64,000 nt of DNA. Source: Calditrichia bacterium (GTDB lineage: Bacteria > Calditrichota > Calditrichia > JAJRVZ01). A model generated the notes under the pieces. It had not been told where the DNA came from and made no database searches. It was given only the letters and a program-made list of their open reading frames with translations. Positions within the stretch are counted from its first letter, which is position 1. Each line of letters begins with the position of its first letter. The stretch is from NCBI GenBank assembly GCA_963796965.1, contig CAWCNS010000002.1, positions 240,289-304,288 of the forward strand, written 5' to 3'. Positions 34,625 through 47,052 of this stretch are shown here, one piece after another. A program made the position numbers and the translations under genes.

Positions 34625-35881
34625 CTAGGCCAGTAATTCCCACAATCTAAGTGCCTGCTCCTTGGAAAATTTTAATATTTCACTTTGCTCAACATTTGTA
34701 AATTCACCATCCCTGAACACCCACTTCCCATTACAGATAGTACCAATAATATCTGCGGATGTTAAGCCATAATAAAAATGTCCAAGCCAGTTTTCAGAGG
34801 TAATCGGTGTAGGTGAGTGATAATCAAAAATTACCAGATTATTATTAGAATCACCCTTAATACCATTATTTTGTAAATATTGATGGGCCCTTCTGAGCCG
34901 CTCATAACAATCACCAAAATTCAAGTGATTCTGGTCCTTATGAATAAAATAATTTATTTGGGTATTCCGAATCATATCCGAGTGCATACCATCAGTTCCT
35001 AACATCACTTTACCCTCAAGTCCGCCACTATTAGAAAATATTCCTACATTATTATTCAGGTTGCTTTCAGTATTGATGGCAATCCACGCATTTGAATTGG
35101 CTAGAATTTCTCTTTCCTCATCATCCAGATGAATGCAATGGGCCAATATAGATTTTGAGAGCCCCAATGCACCAAACGTTCTTAACCTGTTGATTACTCT
35201 CATGTTATAGTGATCGACAGAATAACGTTCGTCCGCCCTGTCCTCAGCCACATGAATATGGATCCCGGAATTAAATTTTTCACATAATCCCACTGCTGCA
35301 TTTAGAAGACGATCACTAACCGTAAATGAGGCATGAAGACCAACCAGACCCTCACGTTTCTCCAGATAATTTTCTGTTTCTGTTAATCCTTCTTCACTAA
35401 TTTTCTCACCATCACGTTCAGACATTTCATAACAGAGTAAATGATTGACACCTACTTTATCAAACGCTGCTGCTATTACTTCTAAAGAACCTCGCACCGC
35501 GAACGGTGAAGCATGATGATCAATAACAAATGTGGTACCATTCCGGGCACAGGCCATTGCCGTTACCAGGGCTGACGCCTTAATCATTTCCAGGTCGAGC
35601 TTTTTATCCAGATTCCACCAGATATTTTCGAGTATTTCAACAAAATTCTGTGGTTGTTTTTTTGGTGCGGGCATTCCTCTTGCCAGGGCTGAGTATGCAT
35701 GATGGTGGGCACAGACAAATGATTTGGTAATAATCTTTCCACTGCCATCATAAGCATGTGGTGGCGCTGCGTCGATAAAATTAAGACGGCCCCCTTCTCC
35801 TTCGTCGATTTCAAGATCACCCTCTCTGATCTCAAATGTATTATAATCAATATACGTTGCATTTTTAATAAAAATAGCCAT
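34625..35881 (-). CDS. ssnA: SsnA-like amidohydrolase
   Basis: CAHHHAYSALARGM, LENIWWNLDKKL, IDHHASP, GLHASFT, HIHVAE, LGTDG. Confidence 0.85.
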   Translation of the reverse strand: MAIFIKNATYIDYNTFEIREGDLEIDEGEGGRLNFIDAAPPHAYDGSGKIITKSFVCAHHHAYSALARGMPAPKKQPQNFVEILENIWWNLDKKLDLEMIKASALVTAMACARNGTTFVIDHHASPFAVRGSLEVIAAAFDKVGVNHLLCYEMSERDGEKISEEGLTETENYLEKREGLVGLHASFTVSDRLLNAAVGLCEKFNSGIHIHVAEDRADERYSVDHYNMRVINRLRTFGALGLSKSILAHCIHLDDEEREILANSNAWIAINTESNLNNNVGIFSNSGGLEGKVMLGTDGMHSDMIRNTQINYFIHKDQNHLNFGDCYERLRRAHQYLQNNGIKGDSNNNLVIFDYHSPTPITSENWLGHFYYGLTSADIIGTICNGKWVFRDGEFTNVEQSEILKFSKEQALRLWELLA

Positions 35882-35882
35882 T

Positions 35883-36096
35883 TTAAAACCTCGTTTTCGG
35901 TCTTCGTGATCCAAATATTGCCTCACAGGGTGCATTTTTTGTCACATATTTTTCATAGTTTTTTGCACCATAAAGCCATAAAAGTCCGACAGGAATTTGA
36001 ACCATCTATGGCCTCTTCCCTGGCAAAATCAGCATGTTCACAACGCATATCACAGAATTTAATTTTGCTCGATGTTACTCCCGCATTATCTGCCAT
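35883..36096 (-). CDS. Small Cys-rich hypothetical protein (about 70 aa, one apparent +1 indel at about 35955), absent from the ORF track
   Basis: GGGAGG RBS; MADNAGVTSSKIKFCDMRCEHADFAREEAIDGSNSCRTFMALWCKKL/EKYVTKNAPCEAIFGSRRPKTRF; stop ends 1 nt before the ssnA ATG. Confidence 0.65.
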
Positions 36097-36185
36097 TCAT
36101 CCTCCCTTAATTGAAAAATATTTCACGCAAAGGCGCTAAGCCGCAGAAATATTTTAGAAAAAAGATGATTAATCGTGATAAAATC

Positions 36186-38796
36186 CTAATATTTTTTTCC
36201 TTTTACCTTTTGCCCTTTACCTTTTTCCTTTCTTTTCCGCCACTGATAATCCTTCATCGGTAAAGTATAGCGCCGCTTACCGTCATAACTGTAGAAGGCA
36301 TTTGCCACGGCTGGCGCAGTAGGAACCAACCCAATTTCACCAACGCCTTTTGCACCATAGGGACCCAAGGGATCCGTTTTCTCCACACCAAGCACTTTCA
36401 CACCCGGCATATCTTTTGCCCGAAGAATTCCACAGGCCTGTAAACGAAAACTATCCGGAATCCCGTCTGTAACGACTAATTCTTCAGAAACGGCGTATCC
36501 GAGACCCATGTGAACAGACCCTTCAATTTGCCCCTCAAAAAGAGTTGGGTTCATGATCTTTCCGGCATCATGAGCAGCATAGATACAGTCAATTTTTCCA
36601 TCATTATCCAAAACCACCAGCTGTGTCGCATAGCTATATGAATAATGAGTAATAATATCTTTGACGCTATCTCCAGGGGTTGTCGTCCAATCACAGGTCC
36701 ATATTCCTGGATAATTTTTTCCTGTTAATTCAGATAATGAACCCTCAGCAAGGTCTTTTTTTAATTGCTTACAGGCAACAATTATAGCATTGCCAAGAAG
36801 GGATGTAGCCCGGGAAGCAGTCGTCATACCTGCTGGGGTATTGGATTGGGTTTCATTTACAACTTCGATCATTTCAGGTGACAGACCGGTTTCCTGGCAA
36901 ACAACCTGTACGGCCATTGTATTGACACCCTGCCCCATCTCTGTCCAACCATGGTGAATCAGGATCTTATCAGAATCAACTATTTCAATGCGTACGGTAC
37001 TTTCATCATTCATGCCATTTCCAATACCGGTGTTTTTTATACCACAGGCAAGACCAGCAAATTTGGATTGGTAGAAATAGGGTTTGATTGCTTCAAGCGT
37101 TTTCCGAACTCCCACACCACCCTTTAGTATCTGTCCGGTTGCTGTTTTGTCCCCTTCTTTTAGAGCATTGTTATATCTGAATTTCCAGCGATCAAATCCT
37201 CCCAACTCACATAACTCATCAATACAGCATTCCATGGCAAAATTTGCCTGATTAGCACCAAATCCACGCATGGCCCCATTTGGAATATTATTCGTATAAA
37301 CAGTATAACTTTTCACATCAACAACTGGGACAAAATATGCTCCGGTTGAATGGCCAACAGATCTTTCTAATACTTTAGCACCCACAGAAGCATAGGCACC
37401 TGTATCTCCTACAATACGTGCCTTTAAAGCCGTTAACATTCCCTTTTCATTACATCCCACCTGATACACAAGTTCAATTGGATGTCTTTTTGGATGGAGC
37501 CGAATTGATTCCTCACGGTTTAATGTGATTTTAACTGGTTTTTGTATTACATAAGCAAACAAAGCTGTCTGACCCTGGATAGAAAGATCTTCTTTCCCAC
37601 CAAATCCTCCTCCATTTGGTACCAGACAAACATTTATTTTTTCTTTTGGAATATTTAAAATTTCAGAGAGTTGGCGCTGGTCTTCATATACACCCTGGCT
37701 TTGCGTATAGACCTTTAATCCATCGCCGTTCGGTTTTGCCAGACAGGATTCTGGTTCAAGATAACCATGTTCTATTTTTTGTGTCCGGAAAGTGCGCTCT
37801 ACCTTGTAGAGTGAAATGTTTATGGCCTCTTCGATATCTCCACGCTTACAAAATGCTTCTTCAAGAAGATTATTTCGGCTTTCATGAACTCTGGGGCTAT
37901 CCGCCTGCATTGCCATATGTGGATCGGTAACAGGATTAAGGACTTCATATTGAATTTTGATTTTATTTGTAGCCTCTCGTGCAATATCTTCTGCATCTGC
38001 TACAACTCCGGCAAGAACATCGCCAATGTAATGGGTTGATTCACCCTCAGCAATCATGATTGGCCAATCCGGCGTAATTAATCCAACATAACGATCACCC
38101 GGTATATCTTTGGCCGTAAAAACACGGAGCACACCTGGGAATTTTTCTGCCTCAGTTACATCGATGCCTTTGATAACCGCTCGGGGATAATCTGAAAATT
38201 TTAAAGCACCAAATTTCAAATCATTAACAATTAAATCATCTACAAATGGCCGGTTACCTAAAACCATTTTCTCAACTTCATAACGAATATGACGCGACCC
38301 AACTTTGCCATCCGTGACAGATAATTCTAAAAATTTTCGTTCCCGGATAAGCTTTTGCTGCATACTCTATAGCATCAACAATTTTAATATATCCTGTGCA
38401 TCGGCATAAATGGTATTTTAATGATTGGAGGATATCCTCTCGGCTGGGGTCTGGATTTTGTTTTAATAAGGACTGGGCCCGCATGACAATGCCAGGGGTG
38501 CAAAACCCACACTGAACAGCTCCCTTTTCTGCAAAGGCAACTATAAATGCATTTTGAATTAACTTTTCAAGACCCTCTGTTGTAATAACCTCACCATTTT
38601 CAACCATAGACATCGGTGTTACACATGAAAGGACCGCCCGCCCATTCAGTTCAACAGTACAGGATCCACAAGCTGCCTGGGGAGAACAACCATTTTTCAC
38701 AGAAATGATATGCTCGGTACCGCGCAGATATTTCAGAAGCGATAGTCCGGGATCCCCGGAATATTTTTTTTCTATACCATTGATCTTAAAACGCAT
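36186..38796 (-). CDS. xdh: Selenium-dependent-type xanthine dehydrogenase family molybdoenzyme, fused [2Fe-2S]+Mo subunit (frameshift at about 38350)
   Basis: KNGCSPQAACGSC, VQCGFCTPG, LCRCTGY, GGGFGGKED, GAMRGFGA, ACGIKNTGIGNG, GAKGVGEIG. Confidence 0.85.
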
Positions 38797-39138
38797 ACTA
38801 CCCCATTCCACCCATCAAAAAGAGTAGAGATATATAATATAAAAAATTTGAGATATCGTGTGTCAGTTCCACCGGATTACAGGAAAGAAAATCTACACTT
38901 ATAATTGATTTGGCATATACTACCACCACGAAGACTATAAGAAATCGCGAAGAAACGAAGATATGAAATCGAATTTTAAAAAAAAATATTGTTTATAGAA
39001 CGAAGCCCTTTATATACTCCCTTTTAACTTTAGTAACTATTAACCCTTCGTGGTCTTCGTGGTAATTAATTTTGTTTATTCAATCTTAGCCATTTATTTT
39101 GGTTAAATCATAAAGATTTAGTTTTACAAATTATGGGT

Positions 39139-39702
39139 TTACTGGACCTCGTGATATCGAAAACAATCAACCGTATGATCATTAACAATTCCTACGGCCT
39201 GCATAAAGGCATAACATATGGTCGATCCAACAAAATTAAAACCTGCTTTTTTTAATTCTTTACTCATCTTATCGGATAATTCAGTTTTAGCCGGAATATC
39301 CTGCAATGTTTCCCATTTGTTAACCAAAGGTTTACCATCGGTGAAAGACCAGACAAATTCCGAGAAACTTCCATACTGTGTGCAAACTTCTAAAACGGCT
39401 TTCGCATTTTGTATTGTTGAGTGAATTTTTAGTCGGTTTCTGACGATTCCTGCATCATTGAGAAGCTCTTCAATTTTCACAGAATCATATTTCACAATTT
39501 TATTTACATCAAATTGATCAAAGACCCGAATATAATTTTCTCTCTTTTTCAGGATAGTACTCCAACTCAATCCTGCTTGTGCTCCTTCCAAAATCAGAAA
39601 TTCAAATAATTTCCGGTCATCGTATACCGGAACGCCCCACTCCTCATCATGGTATTTGATATAAAGATCATCAGTACCAACCCAGGGACAACGTTGTTTC
39701 AT
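39139..39702 (-). CDS. tag: DNA-3-methyladenine glycosylase I
   Basis: RCPW, YHDEEWG, LEGAQAGLSW, NDHTVDC. Confidence 0.95.
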   Translation of the reverse strand: MKQRCPWVGTDDLYIKYHDEEWGVPVYDDRKLFEFLILEGAQAGLSWSTILKKRENYIRVFDQFDVNKIVKYDSVKIEELLNDAGIVRNRLKIHSTIQNAKAVLEVCTQYGSFSEFVWSFTDGKPLVNKWETLQDIPAKTELSDKMSKELKKAGFNFVGSTICYAFMQAVGIVNDHTVDCFRYHEVQ

Positions 39703-39836
39703 ATTTCACCTCATTCCAAACTATGTAAATATTCTGATAAAATTATTAGAACAAGCACATTGATATCTGTATTAATTCTAAAAAAACTGCTTCTTTGCGT
39801 CTCCGCGAGAGATTTTTATTGTGTTTATGACAAGAG

Positions 39837-42394
39837 TTACCTTGCCACCAGGGCCCTTTGCTCCTCTGCAGTCCTTTCCCGCATCTTTATAGCACCGGTA
39901 AAACATAAATAATTACACATTTTACATCCAATACATTTCGCAGGATCTGTCTCCGGATATCCATCCATATTCTTGCTAATGGCAAAATATGGGCAGCGCA
40001 GACAATTTCCACATTGTACACATAATTCATGATTTGATTCAGAGATTCTTTTTTCAGGAGAAAGATCCATAAAATCCGTAACAGGATTTGGGAGGGCAAT
40101 ACCTATTAATTCTTCAATGGAATCTATTCCCCGTTTAGCCATCAAATGACTCACACCGGATTTGATTTCATCAATGATACCATAACCCATTTTAGTTGGC
40201 ATTGAGCAAAACTGAACGGTCGAACATCCCAGCGCAAGAAAATCAGCCGCATCCTTATAGGTCATCGCTCCCCCGTTTCCAGATATAACCAGCCCAACAG
40301 GCGCTGCCTTTGCGAGGGAGAGATAACTTATATTTAGTACACCTGAACCAGCCATTCCGACGATAACTCCCTCTTCCCAGGATGTATTTCCACCGGGTCG
40401 AAAGGCCATAGTAGGAAAGGTATTGGCTAATGTAATTCCTGCCTTTTTCCCCGGATACTGCTCAATGACTTCTTTAATTGCCATCAGGATGGCCTCGATA
40501 GAGGTAACGGCTCCGGTTAGTTTAAAAATTTTGGGGATAGTTGCATCACCATAATCCAGGATCCATTTAATAATTTTTTGAGTAAGAACAGCATTCTGTG
40601 AAACAATATCTCCCTCAGTACCATCTCCTCCCTGTGGACAGGATAAACTGTATTCGATACCCATCACACCTGCAGCTTCCAGCTTGCTGGTATTATTTTG
40701 CCACACCCGCTTATCTTCATCATCATTTCCCGTGACGGGCCCACCAGTCGAAGCCATTGTGAGCCGGTCGGGATATTTCGAAACTAATTGTTCTATTTCC
40801 TTACAAACACGATCGAGAGAATGTTCGGAAACATTATCACAATTGGCAAAGGTATTATCTGAAAAACTAAACATATACTCACCTGGTATATGAATGGGGA
40901 CATCATCAAAAGAGGTCTTCATAATACCCCCTGCCCATCCCGCTTCGTAAGCCTTTAATCATCTGTTCCAGACCATCGGTAGGGGGTGCTGCTGAAAGAA
41001 GAAAAGGAGAGAAAATAGGTTTTCCAAAAAAATCCGTTTCCAGACTGACAGGTAAAAATGTATAGCCTGGTATTTGAATCGTGCTTTTTATAAATCCGTT
41101 ATCGTTTCTCTTAAAATCGGGAATTTCAGACCCCTTAAGAAAAGCCAGAACCTGTTCGGCTGAATTTTTTCCTGCTGCTGAAGCTTCAACAACTGTACTT
41201 GGACCTTCAACACAATCTCCTGCATAAAATACAGCCTGATTTTCTCTGATTTCAATATTCGATCTTGCCCCAATTGCAATAATAACAGAATTTATATCTT
41301 TACGACGAATTTCACTATCAGCTACTGCTATCACGGCGTTTGGGCTAAATTTTACGCCTTTTTCTATTTTTACTTTTCGAGCTGATATCCCCTGGATCTT
41401 GCCTTCACTCACATGAATTGATGTCACTTCCATTCTACCATTTATATCGACACCACTCTTTACCAGTTCGGTCATTTCCTTACCCGTCAGAGGCATCTCG
41501 CTGATATTTTCAAGTGCGAAGATCTCAACCTGATCTGCGCCCTTTAACATTGCTGTCATGGCGCAATCGAAAGCCGTTGCACCTCCACCTATTATAGCGA
41601 CATTACCGGTAATATTATACTGATCCGGGTCTTTCAGAAATGGAATACCCAGAATAGCATTTCTCTTCATTAACAATGCCTGGTAAAATTGGTGCCCATA
41701 ATCCGACACTCACCACAACCGCATCATAACCCTCTTTAAGTAGATATTCAGGATCCAATATATTTTTTTCGAGAAGAAGTTCAATATGCCCCAACTTGAG
41801 AGCCCATTCAATATCTGATCTCAGAACCCCTTTGTCTAACCTGAAATCCGGAATAAGGTTACACATGCCGCCAGGTTTGGCTTCTCGTTCGAATATGGTT
41901 ACTTTGCACCCATTCTGGGTAAGATGTAATGCCGCTGCTAGTCCTGCAGGCCCGGACCCGATGACGGCAATATGTTTACCCATTAATTCAGCCTTGTCAA
42001 ATCGTGGCATCTCATTGAGGCGTTTCGCTTTCTCAATTATTGTAGCCTGGACTGCTGGAATATTAACAGGAGAGTCAAATTTTTTATGGACACAGGCAGC
42101 CATGCAATGCTTGTCGGGACAGGTTTGACCACAAATGCCACCCAGGGGATTTTTACCCATGATCAAGGCAGCAGATCTTAAATAATCTTGTTCTTCACCC
42201 ACCGAAACAGCCTTGATAAAATCTGCAGGGGAACAATCACAGGGACAAGCGTTCATACAGGGTTTTTCTACACAATATTCACATTTTTCTAATTCTGCTT
42301 TTAACTGAAAATCTGTGAGGAAGAGATTAACACTGTAAACTGAATCTCCCGCATCTCCAGGTAATTGAGCGCGTTTTTTAATTAAATCGGACAT
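39837..42394 (-). CDS. Fused PreT-PreA dihydropyrimidine-dehydrogenase-like flavo-iron-sulfur protein (frameshifts at about 41660 and 40950)
   Basis: CEYC...PC...CP, ICGQTCP, GSGPAG, GGGATAFD, SPFLLSAAPPT/AYEAGWAGGIMKT, LSCPQ, ISGNGG, C-terminal 2x[4Fe-4S]. Confidence 0.85.
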
Positions 42395-42747
42395 AGTTCT
42401 CCCGGTCTGTTTTTTGTCTCTGTCCTGCCTTACTTGGCCCACCGATCTAGTCTGTTAATTCTACCACTGATAAGTCTGTATGGTCTATCAAGATTTTAAC
42501 ACACCTTTAGTGAGTCGAAGACGCACATCTCAGTGCGCAGATACGTCAACTCATTACTAAAAAATAATGATTAATTCACAGAAATCAAATGAATAGTGGC
42601 AGAGGAGAAATATCTTAGGGAAGGAAAATTTATTTTTCTTTCATATTTTTAGTATTTCTGTCGAAAATATCATTGATAATGGTGTAATACCCGTGATTAT
42701 AAAAATGTCGGTTTTACAGAAAAACTGATAATAGGTAACATTAGCAT

Positions 42748-45700
42748 ATGAATTATGAGCCACAGCAAATAATTAAAGAAATCACACCTCTTGCGGAATC
42801 CGCTGTCCAGGATTCTTTCCATGATTGGGAGGATTTCCATAAAAACAGATTATCCGAATTAGAATCCATATTAAATGCATTAAAGATCTTACTTGTTCAT
42901 ACAGAGGAATGGGCATTGGATCCAGATGGTCTATGGAAGCATTTAGAATCAGAGATGGCTAGGATTCGTCTTTGGACTGAATCACTAACCTATATATCTA
43001 TAGCGGACCTTAAAACAAAAATATCAGATAATATATCTTCAAGTTTTGACACATTTCTGTTGGAGATTCCTGATGAAGTAAGGGTTCCTATCGGCGATAC
43101 ATATTGGGAAGCTTATTCCGATGATGGGTTATTTAGACGGATCAAAAAGGCATTACAGCCATTAAAAGCAAAATCGAAAATTTTAACCCTGGAGATTTTA
43201 AACAAATATCGTGCCCTGGGGCATAAACCACCCTTTAAACCGACAGCGGATGAACGTGTTGTCCAACTAAAAAGTCTTGTACATTATTATTTAAAAAATC
43301 CCGTTTTAAAGTTTCTCATTGACGAGTGGCAGCGTTTTCTTCAGGCAATCACTGGTCAGCTTTTTGTCCTTCACCTGAACATTAAAGATTTTTCAAATAA
43401 GTCATTAATTCTCGATGAATTATCTACAATTCTCGATCCCAATAAAAAGAATGAAATATTTAACAACTTATTTGATTTGGCAGAGATCTTAAAAAATATC
43501 GATGAGACACTTCAGGTTTTAAAAAAATACGACAATCAATTTCTTGATAGATTTCATAGTTCATGGACTCATATATCGGATGGATTTCAAAATGCCTGGA
43601 ATCGAGCTGGTACTTTTCAATTGAGTGATAAGAAATATTCAGGTGATAAGCTATCACATTTCGACTACTCTATTGGAAGTCGTTTCGAGAAACATGCTGT
43701 AAGTTGGAAAAACCATCTAAATGCACTTCGGGAGGAATGGCAAAAAGATACAGAAATCTCGCTATTAAGATATAAAACAGTAAGAAGTTTATATGGAACC
43801 TCCCAAATTCTTCACAGAGGTATACATGAGACTATCGAGCCTTATCTTTCTCGCGCACATAATCAATTGACCAAAACCTGCCGTGAAATTGACAAAACCG
43901 ATAATGATAAAGATTTGCAATCTCATATTACAAATCGGCGTAAATCAATTCTAGATGCATTACAGTTGCTACTCGAGGCAGTACATGGAGTTAACATTGT
44001 GCGGATTCTTGAGAACTCTCTCGATCAAATAGATGGGATTGTTGATAAACTTGGACAACACTACCTTATCTTCATTAGACAGGATACCGAGAGAATTCCT
44101 CCCCGGTCTGTAACGGAACAGATTCCTTTTAAAGAATTAGTAAAAAACGAAATCTATGTCACCCTTCAGGCAGAAATTTTATTTACAGATCAGAGAAAAG
44201 GAGGCAGAAGTAAAGCATATTCTTCGTGTAATTTCTGAGATTGACCAACAAATAGAATTTCATGCCGAGTCGACTTTAAAATTAATTGATCATTCAAACC
44301 AATTACCTGTATTTCGACGGGCAAAGAATGAGATTAGCGAAGGATTAAACCGGGCCGTTAAACTCCTTGCAGATCTAAAATCGACGATACTCAACATACC
44401 AGAGCAATGTACCCACGAACTGCTTCTTAATAGCCTTGAATTTGAGCATGATCTCGAAAAATTCCTTAATACTGAAAGTCTGATTAAGTTCAAATCAAAT
44501 CTTAAAAGTAAACAGGCTTCCCAAAAAATAAAAAGGATTCTAAATTCTGTTCTGAACACTTCTAAATCAATTATTCCATCTATTTATAATAGATCTCTTC
44601 AACAATTGAAAAACTTATGGATTAGATATTTCAGTCTAAGACATGAAATTGAAGATTTTCTCGATCCAGAAACTGAAAAGGTCCGCCAGTATCTTACAGA
44701 CACCGAAGATCGCATCTCTAAACTTCCTTTTATTTACCAAAAACTCTTTCATTTTCAGGCTTTAAATGATCAACAGTTTTTCACAAATAGAATTAAAGAA
44801 ATCAGAAGAATTGAGGAAGAATTTAAACGATGGCAAAATGGTTCGACACCTGCTGTTTCAATTGTTGGTGAAAGAGGCAGTGGACTAACGACTTTTCTCA
44901 ATTATGTGGAGAAGCAAATATTTCCCGATATACCACTTACAAGAATAGTATTTAATAAACCCGAATATTCTGAACAAAATTTATTTAAAATGGTATGCGA
45001 GGCTTTCGACTGCAAGAAGTTGGACAGTTGGGATGCGCTGAGAAAAGAAGATTTGTAGTGAGGACAAATTAAAGATCTGTATTATCGAAAATATGCAATT
45101 TATGTACCTTAAGACTGTTTCTGGATTTGAAGGAATTGAAAAGTTTCTTCAGTTTCTCTCGAGAACAAAAAAGGCCGTCTTTTGGATTGTGACGTGTACA
45201 TTATATAGTTGGCAATTTCTATCAAAAGCTGTGGGTATAAATTCACATTTCCAATGTGTATTAACCCTTCACAAAATGAATGTGGAAGAATTGAGATCAA
45301 TTATCCTGAAGCGTCACCGCGCCAGTGGATATCATCTTGAGTTTGAGCCATCTGCAAATCCTAGCCGAAAAAAGAAACTAAACAAATCAAATGGAAAGCC
45401 TCAAAAAGTTCATTATGAAGAGGAGTACTTCAAAAGATTACATGAAATTGCCGGTGGAAATATAGCCACAGCAATTCTTATTTGGTTGAGATCAATAAAA
45501 GAATTTTCTCAGGCAAAAATGGTCTTATCAACAAAATTCGAGTTCGATTTTTCTTTTTTGGATAATCTATCGGAAAATGATTTATTAACACTTGGCAGCA
45601 TCATTCATCATGAAATTTTATCCGTCGAAAATCATTCAATTATTTTTACTCAAAACATTGATAAAAGCCGACTCCAGCTTGAGAATCTCGAAGTCGAGGG

Positions 45701-45794
45701 TCTTATTCTTAAAAATGGCAACGGCTATAAAATTCATCCCTTTATTTATAGACCATTAATAAAATCATTAAAAGAAGTAAATGTACTTTCGTAG
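42748..45794 (+). CDS. Large helical protein with C-terminal degenerate P-loop/AAA-like domain (frameshifts at about 44185 and 45050)
   Basis: Three abutting ORFs; VSIVGERGSGLTT, ICIIEN, ILKRHRASG, AGGNI, YKIHP. Confidence 0.65.
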
Positions 45795-45806
45795 GAATCA
45801 TCTGAA

Positions 45807-46733
45807 ATGCAAATTGTGAAATTAATACTGATCCTACTCGTTATTCAAATAATAATTGTTCCTGCTGGGGCACAGGAAACCTCCTCTATATCAAATGCTG
45901 ATAGTATAGAAACTTTTTCTGTTGATACGGTTTTAGACTCTATCAAAGGAGAAAATACCCAACTTGATCCGGCATCTTCATATTTGGATGTTCTTTTAGC
46001 AATTATTATAGTCATATTTACCTTTATTTTTATGGTGTATCTTAGACAACCTCTTCAAAAACTCTCTGATCGCAGGGAAGGGATTTCAAGGTTTCTGAAG
46101 CAATTCATTTCAATCTGCATGATAATTTTTTGGTTCTTATTGCTATATCTTGTGACTACTAAAGTACTTTATTTATCCCCAATCCTGACTGTAACCCTTG
46201 TTCTGTTGATAGGATTGGCCCTCATATCTGGACTACAGGATTCCATGAAGGATTTAGTTGCTGGAATATTAATACCTTTTGAAACGTATATCGAGAAAGG
46301 TTATAAAATTGATTTAGGAGATATTCAAGGTGAAATCGTAAGAATCGGGATGCGAAAGATAGAATTAAAAACCTATGATGGAAAACATGCCATTATTCCC
46401 TCTCATTCATTTTTAAAGAGACCACTACCAGGCATTTATACTGAAAAAGAAAACTGCCCCGTTCAGGTAGAATTCTATCTCCTGCCGGATGTGGATTATG
46501 ATCAATGTCAAAAAATTGCATATAAGTCTACTATCGTCTCACCTTACCTTTATCTTAATAAGCCAGTAAATGTATTCTTCGAGAATATTTTATCGAAAGG
46601 TCAGGTATTTACAAAAATGAGTGTTGAGGCCTATTTACAAAAAATTGAATTTCATCAAAATTTTCGAAGTGAATTAACCCGTACAGTAAATAAAGAACTA
46701 AGAATTGCGGGCACAGGAAAAAACCTTAAATGA
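45807..46733 (+). CDS. MscS-family mechanosensitive channel
   Basis: Three TM helices then LQDSMKDLVAGI, GEIVRIGMRKIELKTYDG...IIP. Confidence 0.85.
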   Translation: MQIVKLILILLVIQIIIVPAGAQETSSISNADSIETFSVDTVLDSIKGENTQLDPASSYLDVLLAIIIVIFTFIFMVYLRQPLQKLSDRREGISRFLKQFISICMIIFWFLLLYLVTTKVLYLSPILTVTLVLLIGLALISGLQDSMKDLVAGILIPFETYIEKGYKIDLGDIQGEIVRIGMRKIELKTYDGKHAIIPSHSFLKRPLPGIYTEKENCPVQVEFYLLPDVDYDQCQKIAYKSTIVSPYLYLNKPVNVFFENILSKGQVFTKMSVEAYLQKIEFHQNFRSELTRTVNKELRIAGTGKNLK

Positions 46734-47052
46734 CGAATTCGCAATGAAAAAGTTAATGAAGAAGTTAATCTCTTATAACAATTGGATTTCCTACTGAGTA
46801 GCGAAATGTCAGAGATAATCAATTAGCACCTAATTTAGTAATATCATTTCATTGAATTGAACACTTAATAGTTATTTGACACAATGATAATAAATTGACC
46901 AGAAACCTAATTTGTTCATTTTTTATTGCGATTTGTATGCCCGATTATTACCTTGGCAAGATTATGGGGCTTTAAAAAAGTTCACCTACCTAAAAATCTG
47001 AGAATATCTTTAAATACTGTCGTACTATTTTATACATAATTAAGGAGGGAAT

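Noticed and set aside
35900..35960. In-frame TGA codons in the Cys-rich small ORF read as selenocysteine
   Set aside because: A single-base correction gives a clean ORF ending right at ssnA. Readthrough would run deep into ssnA out of frame, and no SECIS-like hairpin was evident.
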